Source of the DNA: Candidatus Hydrogenedentota bacterium
GTDB lineage: Bacteria; Hydrogenedentota; Hydrogenedentia; Hydrogenedentales; CAITNO01
DNA length: 62,995 nucleotides
Direction of reading: 5' to 3'
Assembly: GCA_012523015.1 (NCBI GenBank)
Contig: JAAYJI010000164.1
Coordinates: 1-62,995 of the forward strand
Part shown: piece by piece, positions 17,546-26,837 of the stretch
Layout of the letters: every line of letters begins with the position of its first letter
How positions within the stretch are numbered: the stretch's first letter is position 1
Notes under the pieces: model-generated
What the model was told of the DNA's origin: nothing
The model's database searches: none
The model's input: only the letters and a program-made list of their open reading frames with translations
Position numbers and translations under genes: made by a program

Positions 17546-18748
17546 TTAAGGCAATGTTAAAGATTGTTCGTTCAGATCCTTCTCCAAGAGCTGCCAGCAG
17601 TACCATTGCATCCTGCCCAAGTGATAATTTCCCTTCCATAAATTACCTTTTAGCCGAACAGATACACGGCCGTCCCGATGAAGATAGCCGTACCATTCCC
17701 CATAGTCCGGATCGGGGAAATGGGCGTATGCCCACTCATGGACTTGGCGATGCCATTCCGCGTACTTTTCGTTGCCCGTCAGATGATAGGCGAGTAAGGT
17801 GGCTATAATGGCTTCCGTATGGGGCCACCAAAACTTCATATCGTGCCAATATTCTTGAACGGGCAAGCCCCTCGCATCAACGAAATAAAGGATGCCGCCG
17901 TGTATATTGTCCCATCCTCGGAGCCACATCCAATCCAGCATCTGACAGCCCAGTGCAATCAGATGTTTATCGCCGCCGCGCAAACGTGCCTCGTGCAGGA
18001 TGAACCACGCCGCTTCAATGGCATGACCCGGGTTAAGTGTACGCCCGTCAAAATGATCCAAGAAGCGGCCATCTGCGCCCACGGTTTCAAGAACGCATTC
18101 CCACTCGGGACATAAAAAATTATCACGGATCTCGGCAATACACCGATCGATTTCTTCCGAGCACGCCTTCGGACAGCCCACTGTGGCGCGCAATTCTTGG
18201 GCAGTGTTAATAAGAATCATGGGTAACGCCAGACTTTTCGTAGGGCGCGTGGCTTCTATGGTTTTCGAAGCTAACATGCCGGGCGTTGTTGCGTACTTCA
18301 GTAGCTGTTGAAAAATGGCTTGTCCTTCTTCACCGACCTTTTCGTCACCGGATGCCACGGCGTAAGCGCAAAAGGCTATGGCGGCGAAGGCTTCACTGAA
18401 GATATAACGGCGTTTTCGCAGGGGGCGTCCATCCCGTGTCAGTTGGAAGTACATACGTCCGTCATGATCGAAGGCGTGTCGCCGCAAAAAGTCGATGCCC
18501 GATTTGGACCAGGCTAGCCACTCGGGCCGTTGTTCCACCGTGTTGTATAGCGTGGCGAGGAGCCATGAAATGCGCCCTTGATGCCAAACACTTTTATCGG
18601 TGTCAATGATGGAGCCATCACGATGAAGGGCAGTAAAGAATCCGCCATCTTTTGTATCCACGCAATGGGGAAACCAAAAGTCAAGGGTATCATTAAGCAG
18701 ACCATCCCGATAGATCTGACTATATCGTATTTTATCTGCGTTCTTCAT
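17546..18748 (-). CDS. N-acylglucosamine 2-epimerase (AGE family, Bacteroides NanE-like)
   Basis: An (alpha/alpha)6 AGE pattern is visible: LLNDTLDFWFPHCVDTKDGGFFTALHRDG...WHQGRISWL...GHAIEAAWF. Its stop abuts the start of the symporter fusion. Confidence 0.85.
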   Translation of the reverse strand: MKNADKIRYSQIYRDGLLNDTLDFWFPHCVDTKDGGFFTALHRDGSIIDTDKSVWHQGRISWLLATLYNTVEQRPEWLAWSKSGIDFLRRHAFDHDGRMYFQLTRDGRPLRKRRYIFSEAFAAIAFCAYAVASGDEKVGEEGQAIFQQLLKYATTPGMLASKTIEATRPTKSLALPMILINTAQELRATVGCPKACSEEIDRCIAEIRDNFLCPEWECVLETVGADGRFLDHFDGRTLNPGHAIEAAWFILHEARLRGGDKHLIALGCQMLDWMWLRGWDNIHGGILYFVDARGLPVQEYWHDMKFWWPHTEAIIATLLAYHLTGNEKYAEWHRQVHEWAYAHFPDPDYGEWYGYLHRDGRVSVRLKGNLWKGNYHLGRMQWYCWQLLEKDLNEQSLTLP

Positions 18749-18892
18749 GGCACTGTCTTTCGATGGTGTCTATCTTTGATTCTATCATGTTATTATAATC
18801 TAATTCCTATCGAGGCTTGCGGAGAATCACGCGATTCCTATAGGATATTCTATAGATTAAGAAGAGTGGGTTCACAATGAAAGGAATATCTT

Positions 18893-19471
18893 ATGATTAT
18901 GCGCGTAGATCACGTTGCCGTTGCGGTCAATGACCATGACAAGGCGCTTGCTTTTTTTCGCGATATTTTGGGAGCTCTTCCCGGCGGACGTTTCGAAGAT
19001 AAAATCAGCAAGTTCTTTTGGCAGACTTTAGCATTGGGTGATTTGTCACGGTTAGAATTGTTGTCTCCTTCGGCGGAGGGTTCCTTTTTGGAGGGCTTCC
19101 TCAAAGAACGAAGCGGCGGCTTCCATCATATAACCTTGCAAACAGCCCATATGAGTGAAACCATTAAAAAGCTGGAGGACTTAAAGGTCCCCTATTTCGG
19201 ACACCGCGAATATCCTGACGGCAGCTGGAAAGAGATTTTCATTCATCCGAAAGATGCCTTTGGCGTTTTGATCCAGATCGCTGAATTTGATGCGGAACAC
19301 TGGATGGTACCGGAAGCAAAACTGCCGCAAGGCGTGCGCTGGGAAGTGAAACATGGCGCCGACGGCTGTGTCCTTACCTGCGCTCATCCCGGCGGCGGTA
19401 AAGTCACGATTAAACTGAACAAGGAAGAGGCGCGCTCTTTGGCGCAGGCGCTCCTTGAAGAACAAGAATAA
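18893..19471 (+). CDS. VOC (glyoxalase/dioxygenase/methylmalonyl-CoA epimerase-like) family protein
   Basis: MRVDHVAVAVNDHDKALAFFRDILGA...GGFHHITLQ is the typical VOC beta-alpha-beta-beta-beta module. Confidence 0.7.
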   Translation: MIMRVDHVAVAVNDHDKALAFFRDILGALPGGRFEDKISKFFWQTLALGDLSRLELLSPSAEGSFLEGFLKERSGGFHHITLQTAHMSETIKKLEDLKVPYFGHREYPDGSWKEIFIHPKDAFGVLIQIAEFDAEHWMVPEAKLPQGVRWEVKHGADGCVLTCAHPGGGKVTIKLNKEEARSLAQALLEEQE

Positions 19472-19642
19472 CCTTGGATCCTCATTCGTGATAATGATAG
19501 AGTACGCTTCCGGACATCACCGACCGCGCGGCCTTCCGCCGCTTCTTTGTCCGATGTTAGCCGCGCACATATAAAATAACTGTGGTAGGATACACACATA
19601 GAAACGTTGTAACAGCAAAGCCCATCGCTTCGGGAGGTAATT

Positions 19643-20920
19643 ATGTTTAATAAAGAACGTATCGTCAAAGCTCAAGAAGAAACGCAACATCATTTGTTTA
19701 AGGAGCTCTTGCCTTTTTGGAAAACACACGGTGTTGATCCCCAATACGGTGGATTCTTAACCTACTTGGATAAAGACGGCAATCCAACGGGTGAGACCGT
19801 TAAGACCATGCTCTGCCAAGCCCGTATGATCTACACCTATTCTTCCGTTCACCGCGCAGGGCTGGGCGAAGGGAAGTTCCTTGAAATCGCAAGTCAGGGC
19901 GTGGATTTCCTTATTAATCATTTCCTCGACAAAAAGAATGGCGGCTGGTATTGGACCTGTGAACAGGATGGCACGCCCCTAGACCGTGCAAAAATCATGT
20001 ATGGACATAGTTTCGCGATTTATTGTTTGAGCGAATATTTTATGGCATCCGGCGACCGTGACGCTTTGGATCTGGCGGAAAACACCTATAGCGTCATTAA
20101 GACCCGTGCTGCTGATTTGCAGCATGGCGGATTTGGCGAATTCTTTGAAGAGGACTGGACAGCGAAAGCGCCGGGCGTATACGGAGGAGACCGTAAGTCC
20201 TTAGACGTGCATATGCACCTCATGGAAGCATTCACGAACTTATATGAGGCGACAGGATATCACGGTCATAAAACCGACACAGAGCGTGTAATCAAGTTGA
20301 TTTTCGAACGGATGATGCACCCTGAATTCGGCACCGGTATCGCGCAATTCGCCTATGACTGGACACCCCTTCGCGCGATTCTCTTTAAAAACGTATGGGG
20401 TTCCGATCGGGATGTGGACGATGATGAAGGACGTCCGCTCAACAATACCAGCTTCGGTCATAACGTGGAGTTTTGCTGGCTGCTCAAACATGCCCTTGAT
20501 ATTTTGGGGCAAGACGTGGAGCCGTATAAAGAGCCTATGCGAAAAATTTATGACCATTGTGTGCAATATGGGATCGATTGGGAACGGGGCGGCGTATACT
20601 GCGAGGGGCCCAATGACGGCCCGGCCCGCGAACGGAACAAAGAATTTTGGCAGCAGGCTGAAGCTTTGGTCGGACTCTTAGATGCCTGTCTGATTCTTGA
20701 GGATTCCAAATACTGGGACGCCTATGAAAATGTACACCGATTTGTGATGGATCATGTCATTAATCACGAGGTCGGCGAATGGTATCCCCTCTTCGATGAG
20801 AATAATAACCGACTCTGGGATTACATGGGCCACGCTTGGAAGATCAACTATCACACAGTGCGTGCCGGCATCCAAAGCGAGAAGCGTTTGGCTGCACTGC
20901 TCAAAAAAGTAGATCGTTAA
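19643..20920 (+). CDS. Second AGE-family epimerase/isomerase (substrate unknown)
   Basis: LLPFWKTHGVDPQYGGFLTYLDKDG...GHSFAIYCLSEY...GHNVEFCWLL is AGE-superfamily like. It is a paralog-level relative of 17546-18748. Confidence 0.8.
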   Translation: MFNKERIVKAQEETQHHLFKELLPFWKTHGVDPQYGGFLTYLDKDGNPTGETVKTMLCQARMIYTYSSVHRAGLGEGKFLEIASQGVDFLINHFLDKKNGGWYWTCEQDGTPLDRAKIMYGHSFAIYCLSEYFMASGDRDALDLAENTYSVIKTRAADLQHGGFGEFFEEDWTAKAPGVYGGDRKSLDVHMHLMEAFTNLYEATGYHGHKTDTERVIKLIFERMMHPEFGTGIAQFAYDWTPLRAILFKNVWGSDRDVDDDEGRPLNNTSFGHNVEFCWLLKHALDILGQDVEPYKEPMRKIYDHCVQYGIDWERGGVYCEGPNDGPARERNKEFWQQAEALVGLLDACLILEDSKYWDAYENVHRFVMDHVINHEVGEWYPLFDENNNRLWDYMGHAWKINYHTVRAGIQSEKRLAALLKKVDR

Positions 20921-21601
20921 TTAGCAGAAGGCGGCGATGGCGTTGTCATTGCTGCCCGCAGATTTCAGCAGCTGAATCGCCTTTTGATAAGAGTGGTGGT
21001 TGAAAATATAGGAACCGGCTACCAGCACATTGGCACCGGCACGTATGACTGAGGGCGCCACATTTTCATCGATGCCCCCATCTACTTGAAGATCACGGTC
21101 TCCGATCATATCCCGTACCCGTGATATCTTTTCCAACATCTCGGGGATAAAGGCTTGTCCGCCAAAGCCCGGATTAACGCTCATGACCAAAACCATATCC
21201 ACCATATCTGCGAGGTATTTGAGCGCTGTTTCCGGTGTGCCCGGGTTGAGCACGATCCCTGCTTTACAGCCTAGGTCTTGGATGCGCCGTATCAGGCGGT
21301 GAGGATGATAGGTGGCTTCCACCTGAAAGGTGATAATGTCTGCGCCGGCATCTACAAAGTCTTCCACATAGTCTTCCGGATCTTCGATCATGAGATGCAC
21401 ATCAAGGGGCACGCTGCAATGATCGCGTAATTTTGCGACCACCGGTGCGCCAAAGGTAATATTGGGCACAAAATGGCCGTCCATAATGTCGCAATGAATC
21501 ATATCTGCGCCGGCGTTTACAATGGCGCGAATCTCTTCGCCCAATCGACTAAAATCACAGGCAAGCAGTGACGGAGAAATTTTTATGCTTTGTTCACTCA
21601 T
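20921..21601 (-). CDS. rpe: Ribulose-phosphate 3-epimerase
   Basis: ISPSLLACDFSRLGEEI...HCDIMDGHFVPNITFG...VNPGFGGQAF...VDGGI. Confidence 0.93.
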   Translation of the reverse strand: MSEQSIKISPSLLACDFSRLGEEIRAIVNAGADMIHCDIMDGHFVPNITFGAPVVAKLRDHCSVPLDVHLMIEDPEDYVEDFVDAGADIITFQVEATYHPHRLIRRIQDLGCKAGIVLNPGTPETALKYLADMVDMVLVMSVNPGFGGQAFIPEMLEKISRVRDMIGDRDLQVDGGIDENVAPSVIRAGANVLVAGSYIFNHHSYQKAIQLLKSAGSNDNAIAAFC

Positions 21602-21641
21602 ACAATACTTTCATCGTACGACAGCAGTCATTGCTGTCCTA

Positions 21642-22763
21642 TTATCTGGTTTTAATGGGAGGATTACCATCCTGAAGTAAATAAGAGGCTTCGAGATTGC
21701 CGTCAATATAAATCTCTACATTTGCCTCATCAATATAGATGACCGGTACACGAATAGCCGTTCCCGATATGTAGGTACTTCGAGCGGCATCGTCATGTTC
21801 AGGTAATTTCGACCATACCTTTTGACGGCTGCCCATACGGTCTACAACGTCCACGCGCACTTCACGATTGTACCAGTCATAGAACATTTGATGGCGCACC
21901 GTCGCTTCAAAACGGATCGCTATGCGTTCTTCCGTGATTGAAGGTACATAATCGTAGACGATGATTTGGTTTTCATAAATCAAGGTATCCGGCGCCGGTG
22001 TCTGGGCGAGAACCACATCGGGTGTCGCGCCCGGAATGTCAACTTCATTGGGCACCAGGGACACGTCGAAGTTTGCAAGCGCCTTTTCAATTTCGCTGAT
22101 CAGTAAGCCGCGCAAATCAGGCATCAGCGCGCTGGGTCGGTCGGAACCGGCACTTACGAGCAAGTGAATCTCGCCTTGATCCGGCAATTCGCCGCCTGCA
22201 GGAGGATCTTGGGAGATCACCAAGTCACGGGGTAATTCCGCAGGGATACGCGCGAGGCTGCCAACCCGAAAACGGGCGGCTAAGATCTCGCGGCGCGCAT
22301 CTTCCAGAGACTTGCCCGACAGATCCGGCGTGCGCAAAAAATCTTGACCACGGCTGACCACCACGTTGATACGACGCCCTTCTCGCGCGATGCGCCCTGC
22401 GGCGGGCCGTTGGGCAATGACATAGAATTTCGGAATCGTCGGATGCGCCGCTTGAACTTGATGACCCAGTTCAAGATTACGTTCGGTCAGCAACAGTGCC
22501 GCCTCCGTTACGGGGCGGTCAACGATGTTGGGAACTGTTACATGACCGCCGCCTTTCAATGCAAAGTTATACGTATAATACCCTGCTCCCGCCATGACCA
22601 AAATAAACATGATCAAGGCAAGAGACCATTGTATGCACCATGTAAAAAAGTGCAGGATGAAATACGCAAAGCCTATGATTGTTTCCGAAAGCGTGTCAAG
22701 AAGAAACCGTCCCAAGCCGCGTCTAACGGGTTTGTTTGATATTGTCCTGTCCTTGTCTTCCAC
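21642..22763 (-). CDS. Membrane-anchored PASTA-domain protein (three PASTA-like repeats plus a C-terminal domain; no kinase domain)
   Basis: TM helices near the N-terminus. Repeats of the form VPNIVDRPVTEAALLL...VVSRG, TPDLSGKSLEDARREI...LVSAG and MPDLRGLLISEIEKAL. The GTG start at 22763 overlaps the rsmB 3' end by 91 nt, and a shorter TTG start at 22715 is possible. Confidence 0.75.
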   Translation of the reverse strand: MEDKDRTISNKPVRRGLGRFLLDTLSETIIGFAYFILHFFTWCIQWSLALIMFILVMAGAGYYTYNFALKGGGHVTVPNIVDRPVTEAALLLTERNLELGHQVQAAHPTIPKFYVIAQRPAAGRIAREGRRINVVVSRGQDFLRTPDLSGKSLEDARREILAARFRVGSLARIPAELPRDLVISQDPPAGGELPDQGEIHLLVSAGSDRPSALMPDLRGLLISEIEKALANFDVSLVPNEVDIPGATPDVVLAQTPAPDTLIYENQIIVYDYVPSITEERIAIRFEATVRHQMFYDWYNREVRVDVVDRMGSRQKVWSKLPEHDDAARSTYISGTAIRVPVIYIDEANVEIYIDGNLEASYLLQDGNPPIKTR

Positions 22764-24007
22764 GAATTGAATAACTCCGGGCCGTCTTCAGGCATACACA
22801 CACCATCCCCGACTATTTCAGAAACAACATCCACCGTTTCCTCCGGTGTCAGTGTGCATACCGAATATACGATAAGTCCACCATTCTTACAAAGTTGAAC
22901 AGCCTTTCGCAACATTGCACGCTGTATCTCTGCTAATTCTAGGATAGAGTCGGGACCGCTGCGCCATTTAATTTCGGGATGGCGACGCAGTGTGCCTAAG
23001 CCCGAACAAGGCGCGTCCACTATAATTGTATCAAAACTTTCCGCTTTAAAGGGGGGAGTCAGCCCATCGCCGCAAAGAGCTTGCACGCTGTGTATGCCGA
23101 GGCGCAGGCAGTTTTCCTCGATTTTTCCGACCCGTGTGGGAAAGCGTTCCAAGGCGATAAGGCGCGCTTCATCGTTGCTTAAGGCAGCCAAATGGGTTGT
23201 TTTTCCACCCGGTGCAGCGCACATGTCCAGAATGGTTTGTCCGGCCTCCACACACGTCAACCGTGAGGGAAGCATAGATGCCGGATTCTGAACCATGAAA
23301 TGACCTTCTTTGAACCACTGCGTTTATAAGGGGTCTACCCCGCCTTCCACCTGCAGCGCTTCGAAATCTTCATGGACGACAGAAACAGACACACCGCTTT
23401 TGGTTAAAGCTTCAGCGGCGGCGTCTCGTGTGGTCACCCGTGTATTAACACGAAGCGTGAGCGGAGCGGGGCGAGAACAAATTTCGCAAAAGCGTTCAGC
23501 TTCCACCTCACCAAATAACTGAATCCAAAGACGGATCATCCAACGAGGCGTGGAATAACGGACACGAAGAAACTCAACCAAGTCTGTGTCTTTATCCGGC
23601 AAAACAAGTTGTTCTAATGAATCGGGAACGCGACGCAGGACGGCATTGACCAACCGCGCCAGTCCGGGGTGGCTATGCCGCTTCGCCAGATCCACAGAAG
23701 TATGAACCATGGCGGGGCGTGTGACGTTATCGCAAAACAACTGCTGGAAAACGCCCATACGCAAGATCATCAATACCGCTATAGGCAATTCATCCAAAGG
23801 CTGACTGCATAAATCGGACAAGACATAATCGCATAGGGTCTTGTGGCGGACTACGCCATAGACCAAGTGTGTTAGGAAACGTGAGCCTTGGGGAGAATAT
23901 TTCCCCCGTCGTAATTTTCGGTCGATCGACACATCCACATGTTTGTTGTGGAGAAGAACGCCCATCAAAATATGGATGGCAGTGTCTCGTACAAGATCAA
24001 CGGCCAT
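22673..24007 (-). pseudogene. rsmB: 16S rRNA (cytosine-C5)-methyltransferase RsmB interrupted by one in-frame TAA (listed as two ORFs, 23324-24007 and 22673-23296)
   Basis: The N-terminal ORF is NusB-like. The C-terminal ORF carries the MTase motifs DMCAAPGGKTTHL and DAPCSGLGTLRRHPEIKW. Both ORFs are in the same frame. The junction reads ...GGVDPL*TQWFKEGHFMVQNPASM..., i.e. the conserved F.eG...vQd.aS region continues straight across the stop (23324-23326). The joined length of 444 codons fits RsmB. Confidence 0.75.
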
Positions 24008-24948
24008 CAGTGGACATCCTCAAAGCGCTCACCAACTGTCAAGTGGGCACCGCGCAGAAAATCGGCAGCATCCAATGGTTTCTTTCCGGCCATTTGGAGT
24101 TGCAATAGGGCGAGCTTCCCTTTCCCTGTTGCGAGCACAACATGATCTTTATGGACTTCAAGAACAGTGCCGGGGGCAGCGTCCTTTTCCTCGGAATCGG
24201 ATATGAGCCGGGTCCTTAATATGCGGCACAATTGGCCGCGAAAACGACACTGTGCCATGGGCCACGGGTTGCAGGCGCGCACTTGATTATGAAGGGCCGA
24301 CGCCGACGCGGCCCACACCATGTTACCGTATTTCTTTTCAAAGAGGGTGGTCGTCGTGACCCGACTGACATCCTGCACAATATCAGGAGCCGTTCCTGAA
24401 GCGATCAGATCGACGGCGCGCACCATCGCGTCTGCACCTAAGACGGCCAGTCTGTCGGTAAGTTCACCTGCAGTCTCTTCCGCGCCAATGGGCGTTTCTT
24501 CTTGCAGCACAATATTGCCCGCGTCCATTTCCAATACCATGCGCATGATCGTGACGCCCGTCACCACGTCGCCATACAACAAAGCAGATTGGATGGGAGA
24601 CGGACCGCGCCATCGGGGTAAGAGGCTTGGATGCATGTTCAGCCAGCCTAGGGGCGGCACATCCAATACGGCCTGACGCAGTAAACGCCCGTAAGCGGCG
24701 ACAACGCACAGATCGGGTTCCAGCGCTTTTAAAGACGCTTCAAAGCTGCCGTCATGGATCCTTTGCGGCTGGTCTACAGTTAGTCCATGTGCCACTGCCC
24801 ACTGCTTTACTTCGGAGGGTTCCGGTTTGCTGCTGCGCCCGCGCGGACGATCCGGTTGGGTGATCACCGCGGCAATGGTATGGGATTCAGATAAGGCGGC
24901 CAGAGTGGGAACAGCGAGAGAAGGCGTACCAAAAAAGACGATTCTCAC
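24007..24948 (-). CDS. fmt: Methionyl-tRNA formyltransferase
   Basis: MRIVFFGTPSLAVPTLAAL...NMHPSLLPRWRGPSPIQ. Start and stop are coupled to the neighbouring genes. Confidence 0.93.
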   Translation of the reverse strand: MRIVFFGTPSLAVPTLAALSESHTIAAVITQPDRPRGRSSKPEPSEVKQWAVAHGLTVDQPQRIHDGSFEASLKALEPDLCVVAAYGRLLRQAVLDVPPLGWLNMHPSLLPRWRGPSPIQSALLYGDVVTGVTIMRMVLEMDAGNIVLQEETPIGAEETAGELTDRLAVLGADAMVRAVDLIASGTAPDIVQDVSRVTTTTLFEKKYGNMVWAASASALHNQVRACNPWPMAQCRFRGQLCRILRTRLISDSEEKDAAPGTVLEVHKDHVVLATGKGKLALLQLQMAGKKPLDAADFLRGAHLTVGERFEDVH

Positions 24949-25277
24949 TAAAAAATCCCCGGTATTTCGGCGAGACCCGCCAGATCGCTCATTTTAGATT
25001 TCACAAGGGCCCGTGTCTTTTCCAAGGCGCCATTCATGGCGGCGGTAATAACGCCTTCAATCGTTTCTGCATCTTCAGATTGGAGAAGACCGGGATTGAT
25101 TGTCAAGGAAACCACTTCCATATTGCCGTTCAGTGTAACCGATACTTCTCCGGCAACAGAAAATTCCACCCGCTCATCGGCAAGTGTACTTTTCAGCGTT
25201 TCCATGCGTTCTTTCATTTCCATGGCTTGCTTGATAAGGCCGCCCATTTTGCCAAGGTCACCAAGTCCTTTTAACAT
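24948..25277 (-). CDS. ybaB: YbaB/EbfC family nucleoid-associated protein
   Basis: GDLGKMGGLIKQAMEMKERMETLKSTLADERVEFSVAGEVSVTLNGNMEVVSLTINP, 109 aa. Confidence 0.9.
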   Translation of the reverse strand: MLKGLGDLGKMGGLIKQAMEMKERMETLKSTLADERVEFSVAGEVSVTLNGNMEVVSLTINPGLLQSEDAETIEGVITAAMNGALEKTRALVKSKMSDLAGLAEIPGIF

Positions 25278-25433
25278 TGAATTTCCTTCCGAACTAAACT
25301 GGGTTGGGGGATTATAAAGACCTGCGGAGCCAGCGCTCCCTTCATAGTATAGTCTTTACTGTGATATCAGGGCAACCGATATTCGCTTATCCGTAAGCTC
25401 AAACTCGAAATACAATCTATTCTGCCCATCACA

Positions 25434-25583
25434 GTAAAAGGTTCTTCCTCTCACACCCCCGGTACCGAAGAATCCGGCGCCTAGACATTGTGGACTCCTT
25501 CGGGTGTTTCACAAGAACTATTGTACTGAAGATCTCTATGACGTCTCTTTTGTTTTGCACCGGTTGCATTCCAACCTTAAATC
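25434..25583 (+). repeat. Copy 1 of an unclassified non-coding element (core 25484-25583), candidate structured RNA or regulatory module
   Basis: The core aligns with the reverse complement of 41926-42024 at about 84 of 101 positions (hand alignment). It includes an exact 19-mer, TGGACTCCTTCGGGTGTTT, that can form a hairpin with a cUUCGg tetraloop. Weaker similarity extends about 50 nt upstream at the same spacing. Confidence 0.6.
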
Positions 25584-25821
25584 CGTCGCAGTATAATAAT
25601 GGGTATAAAGATGCACTTTTGCATACAAATCCCCTATAATAGCCGGAGTTGGAGGTTATGGCTCCTGTCATGTTTAGCTACGTTGCGGGCAGCATGTACC
25701 ATTCATGAACCTTCTGCCCGGCACTGCAAAAGAACTTCCCCGGAATAAGCATTCCATTTTCAATCCGTTATTCCAGTGTCAGCATCACATTTAGTTAGGC
25801 CTATGCAACAAAAAGTACGCT

Positions 25822-26723
25822 ATGAAAAACCGCCCCACACATCATGAAACAGAATATGAATACTTGAATGAGTATTACAAAGGAGAACAGTACCGTAAGC
25901 GACGGCTGTTCCGCCTTATTGTACTTTCTGTTGTGCTGCACCTATTCTTTTTAGTTGGAGCTATTGTTTTCTCTCTTTGGATGACTCAGGCCGAACCTGA
26001 GATTATTGTTTTTTCCGGCGGTTCTCTGAAATCAACCAAGACGTTGGTGATGCCGAAGCATCCGTGCAGCCCCCCGCGCCGGAACCTGAACCTGAACCGG
26101 AGATTGCCCCTGAGCCTGAGCCTGAACCGGAACCCGAACCGGAACCGGAGCCTGAACCAGAGCCCGAACCGAAGCCCGAACCCAAACCTGAGCCCAAGCC
26201 TGAACCTAAACCGGAGCCTAAGCCGGAGCCTAAGCCGGAACCGAAACCGGAACCGAAACCCGAGCCTAAGCCGGAACCTAAGCCCGAGCCGAAGCCTGAA
26301 CCCAAACCCAAACCGCAGCCTGACCTTAAACCTGTGGATCCTGAACCGGAGATCATTAAAGCGACGGAGCCCAAGCTTGTCGATGCCGGTAAGGTGACTG
26401 CTACCACCGGTGTTGTGGGCGGATCGGTGCCCTCGGAACTGGGCTTTTGGATTACCCAGGTGCGGCGCAAGGTGGAGGCTGTTTTTTTTATCCCCTCAGG
26501 ATTGTACATGGATGATACGGAAAACGTGGCAGAAGTGACCTTTCGGGTCAGTCGTGACGGGCGCTTATTAGGAGAGCCTAAAATTTCGAAGCCCGCCGCT
26601 GATCCCAACTTGGGTGAAGCAGGGTTACAGGCGATCCTCCTTGTGGGACAGTTTCCTCCGCTGCCGGACAGCTATCCTAAAGACGAACAATTGGTCGTCT
26701 ACGCCTTTGCTTTAAGTCAATGA
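25822..26723 (+). pseudogene. tonB: TonB-like energy transducer split by a -1 frameshift (listed ORFs 25822-26397 and 26064-26723)
   Basis: Frame 1 encodes the N-terminal anchor with the TonB S-x3-H motif (LSVVLHLFF). Frame 0 encodes (EP)n-(KPEP)n and a TonB-type C-terminal domain ([36 protein letters not shown]). The switch must occur between the frame-0 stop at 25998-26000 and the Pro-rich region. T6 (26009-26014) and C6 (26070-26075) tracts lie in that interval. Confidence 0.7.
26076..26330 (+). repeat. Coding Glu-Pro / Lys-Pro-Glu-Pro microsatellite-like repeat (6- and 12-nt periodicity)
   Basis: gaacct/gagcct/aagcct-type units encode about 12 EP repeats and then about 13 KPEP repeats. 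This is the classical TonB proline-rich spacer. Confidence 0.85.
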
Positions 26724-26837
26724 TCATTGCGGCTGTGCAAATAAACATGTATAATTACTATAGATGATTTCTGTCCGCGTATTGTACAGCAAGCTTTTTC
26801 TTTTTACCCTTGTCGGACAGAGGCATAGGAGTATTTA

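Noticed and set aside
23324-23326. Genome-wide reassignment of TAA as a sense codon, to explain the rsmB interruption
   Set aside because: TAA is the terminator of several strongly supported genes in this window (rex at 4573-4575, hndC at 8675-8677), so code 11 applies.
25588-25610. Possible Fur box (GTATAATAATGGGTATAAAG) upstream of the TonB-like gene
   Set aside because: Only about 10 of 19 positions match the GATAATGATAATCATTATC consensus, and there is no dyad symmetry. This is indistinguishable from AT-rich promoter DNA.
25484-25640. The repeated element as a pair of small protein genes (one frame is open in both copies: (V/M)DSFGCF(T/A)RTI...)
   Set aside because: The nine substitutions in the ungapped part fall on codon positions 1, 2 and 3 about equally. 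An indel in the T-rich stretch changes the frame and gives unrelated C-termini (29 versus about 50 aa). No convincing RBS precedes the GTG or ATG.
26003-26608. A 201-aa minus-strand ORF rich in GSGSGLGSG, and the possibility that the periodic DNA at 26076-26330 is a CRISPR-like or satellite array
   Set aside because: It is the antisense reading of the Glu-Pro/Lys-Pro repeat of the TonB-like gene. The periodicity is 6/12 nt with no unique spacers, and it continues in frame into a TonB C-terminal domain.
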